Assembly (NCBI GenBank): GCA_963719225.1
Contig: CAVRAY010000001.1
Coordinates: 1,312,001-1,376,000 of the forward strand
DNA length: 64,000 nucleotides
From: Thermoanaerobaculia bacterium
GTDB taxonomy: Bacteria; Acidobacteriota; Thermoanaerobaculia; UBA5066
Direction: 5' to 3'
Shown here: positions 58,383-64,000 of the stretch, in pieces
Layout: each line of letters starts with the position of its first letter
Numbering within the stretch: the first letter of the stretch is position 1
Position numbers and translations under genes: made by a program
Notes under the pieces: generated by a model
What the model saw: the letters and a program-made list of their open reading frames with translations, nothing else
Told to the model about the DNA's origin: nothing
Database searches by the model: none

Positions 58383-61300
58383 ACCCTTCCCGCCCGTTCA
58401 TCCTGCGGCCGGTCGCGACGTCGCTCCTGATGGCCGGGCTGCTCCTGGTGGGCGTCGTGGGATTCCATTTCCTCCCGGTCTCGGCGTTGCCCCAGGTCGA
58501 CTACCCGACGATCCAGGTCCTGACGTTCTATCCGGGCGCGAGCCCGGACGTCATGGCCTCCTCAGTCACCGCTCCTCTCGAGAGGCAGTTCGGCCAGGTC
58601 CCGGGCCTCAACCAGATGACGTCGACGAGCTCGCAGGGAGCGTCGGTCATCACGCTCCAGTTCACGCTCGAGCTCAACATCGACGTGGCCGAGCAGCAGG
58701 TGCAGGCCGCGATCAACGCCGCGGGGACTTTCCTCCCGCGTGATCTGCCGAACCCGCCCATCTACAGCAAGACGAACCCGGCCGACGCCCCGATCCTCAC
58801 GCTCGCCCTCACGTCCAAGACGATGCCGCTCTCCCAGGTGGAGGACATCGCGGACACGCGCCTCGCCCAGAAGATCTCGCAGCTCCCGGGAGTGGGTCTC
58901 GTGTCGATCAGCGGCGGCCAGAAGCCGGCGGTGCGGGTCCAGGTCAATCCCGCGGCTCTGTCCTCCTACGGCCTCACGATGGAGGACGTCCGGACGGCTC
59001 TCGCCCAGGCGAACGTCAACCAGGCGAAAGGGAGCTTCGACGGCTCCACGCAGGCCTACACGATCGGCGCGAATGACCAGCTCCTCAAGAGCGCCGACTA
59101 TCGGCCGCTCGTCATTGCCTACAAGAACGGCGCCCCCGTCCATCTCTCGGACGTCGCGGCCGTCGTCGACGGCGCCGAGAACGTGAAGCAGGCGGCCTGG
59201 ATGAACCAGACACCGGCCGTGATCGTGAACATCCAGCGACAGCCGGGCGCGAACATCATCGCGGTCGTCGACCGCATCAAGGCGCTCCTCCCGCAGCTCA
59301 AGAGCGGACTGCCGGCCGCGATCGACCTCGCGATCCTGACGGACCGCACGACGACGATCCGCGCGTCGGTCAAGGACGTCGAGTTCGAGCTGATGCTCGT
59401 GGTCGCGCTCGTCGTCATGGTCATCTTCCTCTTCCTGAGGAGCGTCGCCGCCACCATCATCCCGAGCGTCGCGGTTCCGCTCTCGCTCGTGGGCACGTTC
59501 GCGGCGATGTACGCCCTCGGCTACAGCCTGAACAACCTCACGCTCATGGCGTTGACGATCTCGACCGGCTTCGTCGTGGACGACGCGATCGTCATGATCG
59601 AGAACATCACGCGCTACATCGAGGAAGGGGAGAAGCCCCTCGAGGCCGCGCTGAAGGGATCCGAGCAGATCGGGTTCACGATCCTGTCGCTGACGGTGTC
59701 TCTCATCGCCGTTCTCATACCGCTCCTCTTCATGGGCGACATCGTGGGGCGGCTCTTCCGCGAGTTTGCGGTGACGCTCTCGGTGACGATCCTCATCTCC
59801 GCGGCCGTCTCGCTCACGCTCACGCCGATGATGTGCGCGCGCCTCCTGCGCCACAAATCCGATTCGGAGCGGACCCGCTTCTACCGGGCGTCCGAGCGCG
59901 TCTTCAAGGGGATCATCGCCTTCTACGACCGCACGCTTCGCTGGGTCCTCGGGCACCAGACGGCCACGCTCGTCGTCGCCGTCGTCACGTTCGTCGCGAC
60001 GATCCTCCTGTACGTCGTGATCCCGAAGGGTTTCTTCCCGGTTCAGGACACGGGCGTCCTCCTCGGCATCTCAGAGGCCCCGCAGTCCGCCTCCTTCGAG
60101 ACGATCTCCGAGAGGCAGCAGCAGCTCGCGGCGGTCATCCTGAAGGATCCCGCCGTCGAGAGCCTCTCGTCGTTCATCGGCGTCGACGGCACGAACCAGA
60201 CGCTCAACAGCGGGCGGATCCAGATCAACCTCAAGCCGCTCGACGAGCGCAAGATCCGCGCGGAGGACCTCATCCGCCGGCTTCAGCCGGAGCTGCAGAA
60301 GGTCGGCGGAATGACGCTCTTCCTCCAGCCCGTGCAGGACCTGACCGTGGAGGACCGGGTCAGCCGGACGCAGTACCAGTACAGCCTCGAGGACCCGGAC
60401 GCCGCCGAGCTGAACGCGTGGGTGCCACGATTCGTCGAGAAGCTGAAAGGGCTCCCGGAGCTGCGCGACGTCACGAGCGACCAGCAGAACGCCGGGCTTC
60501 AGGCGCGCGTGATCATCGACCGGAACGCGGCTTCACGCTTCGGCATTACGCCCCAGCAGATCGACGACGCGCTCTACGACACTTTCGGGCAGCGCCAGGT
60601 CTCGACGATGTTCACGCAGCTCAACCAGTACCGCGTCGTGCTCGAAGGGAGGCCCGAACTCCAGGTCCGGCCCGAGGACCTCCAGAACGTCTACCTGCGC
60701 TCCTCGGCCGGGGGCTCGGTGCCGCTGCGGTCGCTCGCGGTCATCGAGACGGCGTCGACGCCTCTTTCCGTGAACCACCAGGGGCAGTTTCCGGTCGCCA
60801 CGGTCTCCTTCAACCTCGCTCCGGACGCTTCGCTCGGAGGAGCGGTCAGGGCGATCGAGAAAGCGCGCAAGGAGCTCGGCCTGCCGGAGAGCATCCAGGC
60901 GGGATTCCAGGGAACCGCGCGGGCGTTCGGCGCGTCGCTCACGAACACTCCGCTCCTCATTCTCGCCTCGCTCGTGACGGTCTACATCCTCCTCGGCGTC
61001 CTCTACGAGAGCACGATCCACCCGATCACGATCCTGTCGACGCTTCCGTCCGCGGGCGTCGGGGCTCTCCTCTCGCTCATCCTGTGCCGCCACGACTTCT
61101 CGGTCGTCGCGCTCATCGGAATCATCCTTCTCATCGGCATCGTCGAGAAGAACGCGATCATGATGATCGACTTCGCCCTCGACGCCGAGCGCCGCGACAA
61201 GAAGAAGCCCGAGGACGCGATCACGCAGGCCGCGCTCCTGAGGTTCCGGCCGATCATCATGACGACGATGGCCGCGCTGCTCGCGGGAATCCCGCTCGCG

Positions 61301-61513
61301 CTCGGCGGCGGCACCGGCTCGGAGCTGAGGAAGCCGCTCGGGATCGCGATCGTGGGCGGGCTCATCTTCAGCCAGCTCCTGACGCTCTACACGACGCCAG
61401 TCATCTACCTCGCTTTCGACCGCCTCGCGGCCCGGCTCTCGAAGGGGCGCGGCCGGACGGCCGGGAGAGCGCCGGGCCCCGTGCCCGAGCCGGCGCCGGC
61501 GGAGAGCCGGTGA
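58379..61513 (+). CDS. mdtB: RND transporter subunit MdtB
   Basis: [45 protein letters not shown]. Confidence 0.93.
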   Translation: MNPSRPFILRPVATSLLMAGLLLVGVVGFHFLPVSALPQVDYPTIQVLTFYPGASPDVMASSVTAPLERQFGQVPGLNQMTSTSSQGASVITLQFTLELNIDVAEQQVQAAINAAGTFLPRDLPNPPIYSKTNPADAPILTLALTSKTMPLSQVEDIADTRLAQKISQLPGVGLVSISGGQKPAVRVQVNPAALSSYGLTMEDVRTALAQANVNQAKGSFDGSTQAYTIGANDQLLKSADYRPLVIAYKNGAPVHLSDVAAVVDGAENVKQAAWMNQTPAVIVNIQRQPGANIIAVVDRIKALLPQLKSGLPAAIDLAILTDRTTTIRASVKDVEFELMLVVALVVMVIFLFLRSVAATIIPSVAVPLSLVGTFAAMYALGYSLNNLTLMALTISTGFVVDDAIVMIENITRYIEEGEKPLEAALKGSEQIGFTILSLTVSLIAVLIPLLFMGDIVGRLFREFAVTLSVTILISAAVSLTLTPMMCARLLRHKSDSERTRFYRASERVFKGIIAFYDRTLRWVLGHQTATLVVAVVTFVATILLYVVIPKGFFPVQDTGVLLGISEAPQSASFETISERQQQLAAVILKDPAVESLSSFIGVDGTNQTLNSGRIQINLKPLDERKIRAEDLIRRLQPELQKVGGMTLFLQPVQDLTVEDRVSRTQYQYSLEDPDAAELNAWVPRFVEKLKGLPELRDVTSDQQNAGLQARVIIDRNAASRFGITPQQIDDALYDTFGQRQVSTMFTQLNQYRVVLEGRPELQVRPEDLQNVYLRSSAGGSVPLRSLAVIETASTPLSVNHQGQFPVATVSFNLAPDASLGGAVRAIEKARKELGLPESIQAGFQGTARAFGASLTNTPLLILASLVTVYILLGVLYESTIHPITILSTLPSAGVGALLSLILCRHDFSVVALIGIILLIGIVEKNAIMMIDFALDAERRDKKKPEDAITQAALLRFRPIIMTTMAALLAGIPLALGGGTGSELRKPLGIAIVGGLIFSQLLTLYTTPVIYLAFDRLAARLSKGRGRTAGRAPGPVPEPAPAESR

Positions 61514-64000
61514 GGCTCTCCGGGGGGCTGAGCTCCGGACGCCCGGGTCCCAACCCGGTCGTCCCCCCGGACCCCCGTCCAGAGGTGTCGGCGGGCTCTG
61601 CTGCTCGTCACGGAGGACCGTCGGCTCCGTTCATCCGCCGTCCGATCGGCACGAGCCTTCTCACGATCGCGCTCGCGCTCGCCGGCGGCATCGCCTACTT
61701 CTTCCTTCCCGTCGCGCCGCTCCCGCAGGTCGAGTTCCCGACGATCTCGGTTTCGGCGAACCTGCCCGGCGCGAGCCCGGAGACGATGGCCTCGTCGGTC
61801 GCGACGCCGCTCGAGCGGCAGTTCGGGCGAATCGCGGGGATCACGGAGATGACGTCGCAGAGCTCGCTCGGCTCGACGTCGATCACGATCCAGTTCGACC
61901 TGTCCCGGAACATCGACGCCGCCGGAAGGGACGTCCAGGCCGCGATCAACGCGGCGCGCGGCCAGCTCCCCTCGAATCTTCCGAACAACCCCCGCTACCG
62001 GAAGGTGAACCCCGCCGACGCTCCGATCATGCTGATCGGTCTGACTTCGGACAGCGTTCAAAGGTCGCGCATGTACGACCTCGCGTCTTCCATCCTGCAG
62101 CAGAAGCTCGCGCAGGTTCCAGGCGTCGGGCAGGTGTTCGTGGGCGGGGGCGCGCTCCCGGCGGTGCGCGTGGACGTGAACCCGACGGCTCTCGCGCGCA
62201 CCGGCCTCGGCCTCGAGGACCTGAGGAGCTTCCTCTTCAGCGTGAATACGAACCGGCCCAAGGGCGACGTCGGCCGCGGGGACCGCCTCTGGTCCATCGC
62301 AGCGACGGACCAGCTCTTCAAGGCGGACCAGTACAAGCCGCTGGTCGTCTCGTACAAAAAGGGCGCGGCCCTCCGGCTCTCCGACATCGCCACGGTCACG
62401 GATTCCGTCGAGGACGTGAGGACCACCGGCCTCGCGAACGGCAAGCCCGCGATTCTCATCATCGTGTTCCGGCAACCGGGCGCGAACATCATCGCGACCG
62501 TCGACCGCATCTACGCGCTCCTGCCGCAGCTCCAGGCCGAGCTGCCGCCCACGATCGCTCTCACCGTCATGCTCGACCGGACGACGACGATCCGCGCGTC
62601 CGTGAAGGACGTCCAGATCACGCTCCTGATCTCGATCTCCCTCGTCGTCCTCGTCGTCTTCGTGTTCCTGAGGAGCGTCCGTTCGACGATCATCCCGAGC
62701 GTTGCCGTGCCCGTCTCGCTCATCGGTACGTTCGGCGCGATGTATCTCCTCGGCTACTCGATCGACAATCTGTCGCTCATGGCCATGACGATCGCGACGG
62801 GCTTCGTCGTGGACGACGCGATCGTCGTGATCGAGAACATCACACGGCACGTCGAAGGGGGGATGAAACCGTTCGACGCCGCGCTCGAGGGTGCGCGCGA
62901 GATCGGGTTCACGGTCTTCTCGATGAGCATGTCGCTCATCGCGGTGTTCATTCCGATCCTCCTCATGGGCGGCATCGTGGGCCGGCTCTTCCGCGAGTTC
63001 GCCGTGACGCTTTCGGTCGCGATCTTCATCTCGATGCTCATCTCGCTCACGACGACCCCGATGATGTGCGCCTGGCTGCTCAAGGGAAAAGAGGAGCAGC
63101 AGCACGGCCGCCTGTACGCCCTGAGCGAGCGCGGCTTCCAGCGGATTCTCGGCCGCTACGACGCGTCGCTGCGCTGGGTGCTGCGTCACCAGCCGCTCAC
63201 GCTCGCCGTCACGCTCGTGACGATGGCGGCGACGGTCTTCCTCTACGTCAAGGTGCCGAAGGGCTTCTTCCCGCAGCAGGACACCGGCCGCCTTTCAGGG
63301 TCCATCCTGGGCGACCAGAACACGTCTTTCGCGGCGATGCGAAAGCGTGTCGCCTCATTCGTGGATGTCGTCATGAAGGACCCGGACGTCCTCTACGTGC
63401 AGGCTTTCGCGGGTGGCCAGGGGGTGTTGAACCAGGGCCGGATGTTCGCCACGCTGAAGCCGCGCCGCGAGCGCAAAGCCACCGCGGACCAGATCATCGG
63501 ACGCCTGCGCGGACAGCTCGGTTCCGTGCCCGGCGGCAGTTTGTTCCTGCAGGCCGTCCAGGACCTCCGCATCGGCGGCTTCGCCTCGAGCGCGCAGTAT
63601 CAGTACACGCTTTCGGCGGACGACCCGAAGGACCTCGCGGAGTGGGCGCCCAAGGTGCTCCAGAAGCTGCGCTCCGTCAAGGGCCTCGCGGACCTCAACA
63701 GCGACCAGCAGATGAAGGGCCTCGAAGCGACCGTCGTCATCGACCGGGCGACGGCCTCGCGCTTCGGCATCGCGCCGCAGCAGATCGACGACGCCCTGTA
63801 CGACGCCTTCGGTCAGCGGCAGGTATCGACGATGTACACGCCCCTGAATCAGTACCACGTCGTGATGGAGGTCGATCCGAAGTTCTGGCAGGATCCCGAG
63901 AGCCTGAAGTCGATCTGGGTGAAGGCGAAGGACGGGACGCAGGTTCCTCTATCCGCCTTCACGCGATTCCAGCGTTCCACGGCGCCGCTCGCGATCACCC
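61510..64000 (+). CDS. mdtC: RND transporter subunit MdtC (runs off the window; N-terminal palindromic insertion)
   Basis: GTG overlaps the mdtB stop and is in frame to [41 protein letters not shown]. Confidence 0.9.
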   Translation, partial: MRLSGGLSSGRPGPNPVVPPDPRPEVSAGSAARHGGPSAPFIRRPIGTSLLTIALALAGGIAYFFLPVAPLPQVEFPTISVSANLPGASPETMASSVATPLERQFGRIAGITEMTSQSSLGSTSITIQFDLSRNIDAAGRDVQAAINAARGQLPSNLPNNPRYRKVNPADAPIMLIGLTSDSVQRSRMYDLASSILQQKLAQVPGVGQVFVGGGALPAVRVDVNPTALARTGLGLEDLRSFLFSVNTNRPKGDVGRGDRLWSIAATDQLFKADQYKPLVVSYKKGAALRLSDIATVTDSVEDVRTTGLANGKPAILIIVFRQPGANIIATVDRIYALLPQLQAELPPTIALTVMLDRTTTIRASVKDVQITLLISISLVVLVVFVFLRSVRSTIIPSVAVPVSLIGTFGAMYLLGYSIDNLSLMAMTIATGFVVDDAIVVIENITRHVEGGMKPFDAALEGAREIGFTVFSMSMSLIAVFIPILLMGGIVGRLFREFAVTLSVAIFISMLISLTTTPMMCAWLLKGKEEQQHGRLYALSERGFQRILGRYDASLRWVLRHQPLTLAVTLVTMAATVFLYVKVPKGFFPQQDTGRLSGSILGDQNTSFAAMRKRVASFVDVVMKDPDVLYVQAFAGGQGVLNQGRMFATLKPRRERKATADQIIGRLRGQLGSVPGGSLFLQAVQDLRIGGFASSAQYQYTLSADDPKDLAEWAPKVLQKLRSVKGLADLNSDQQMKGLEATVVIDRATASRFGIAPQQIDDALYDAFGQRQVSTMYTPLNQYHVVMEVDPKFWQDPESLKSIWVKAKDGTQVPLSAFTRFQRSTAPLAIT
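61519..61571. repeat. GC-rich palindrome at the 5' end of mdtC
   Basis: TCCGGGGGG...CCCCCCGGA outer arms and CCGGGT-CCCA-ACCCGG inner stem. Confidence 0.65.

Overview
High-GC bacterial chromosomal segment. The gene repertoire (several Hanks-type Ser/Thr kinases, kinase-PD40 fusions, wHTH-FHA regulator, large secreted repeat proteins) suggests Acidobacteriota, probably Thermoanaerobaculia; this is inference. It holds about 55 mostly housekeeping and envelope genes: UDP-sugar genes, mlaEFD, plsC, a DASS transporter, mrp, ggt, an M13 peptidase, ccmABCDEF (System I*), a leuB-like gene, cobB-radC-lhgO, metG-LOG-tatD, a Phd/RelE toxin-antitoxin pair and mdtABC. There are two IS elements. One is an IS110-family (IS1111-like) element whose downstream non-coding region folds into a bridge/seekRNA with guide segments matching its own insertion site. 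The other is an intact IS5-family element with a CTAG duplication. The most unexplained signal is an AT-rich motif of about 20 bp (consensus near GATTTTCTTMGAARGGTRAG, preceded by a purine tract). It recurs at least 15 times, mostly as inverted pairs, both between genes and inside ggt, ccmF, ccmA, radC, metG and a kinase, and it often brackets in-frame low-complexity protein insertions. Two further in-frame palindromic insertions sit in the leuB-like gene and mdtC. Three genes carry single-base frameshifts in short G/C runs, which may be assembly errors. No rRNA, tRNA or CRISPR array was seen.
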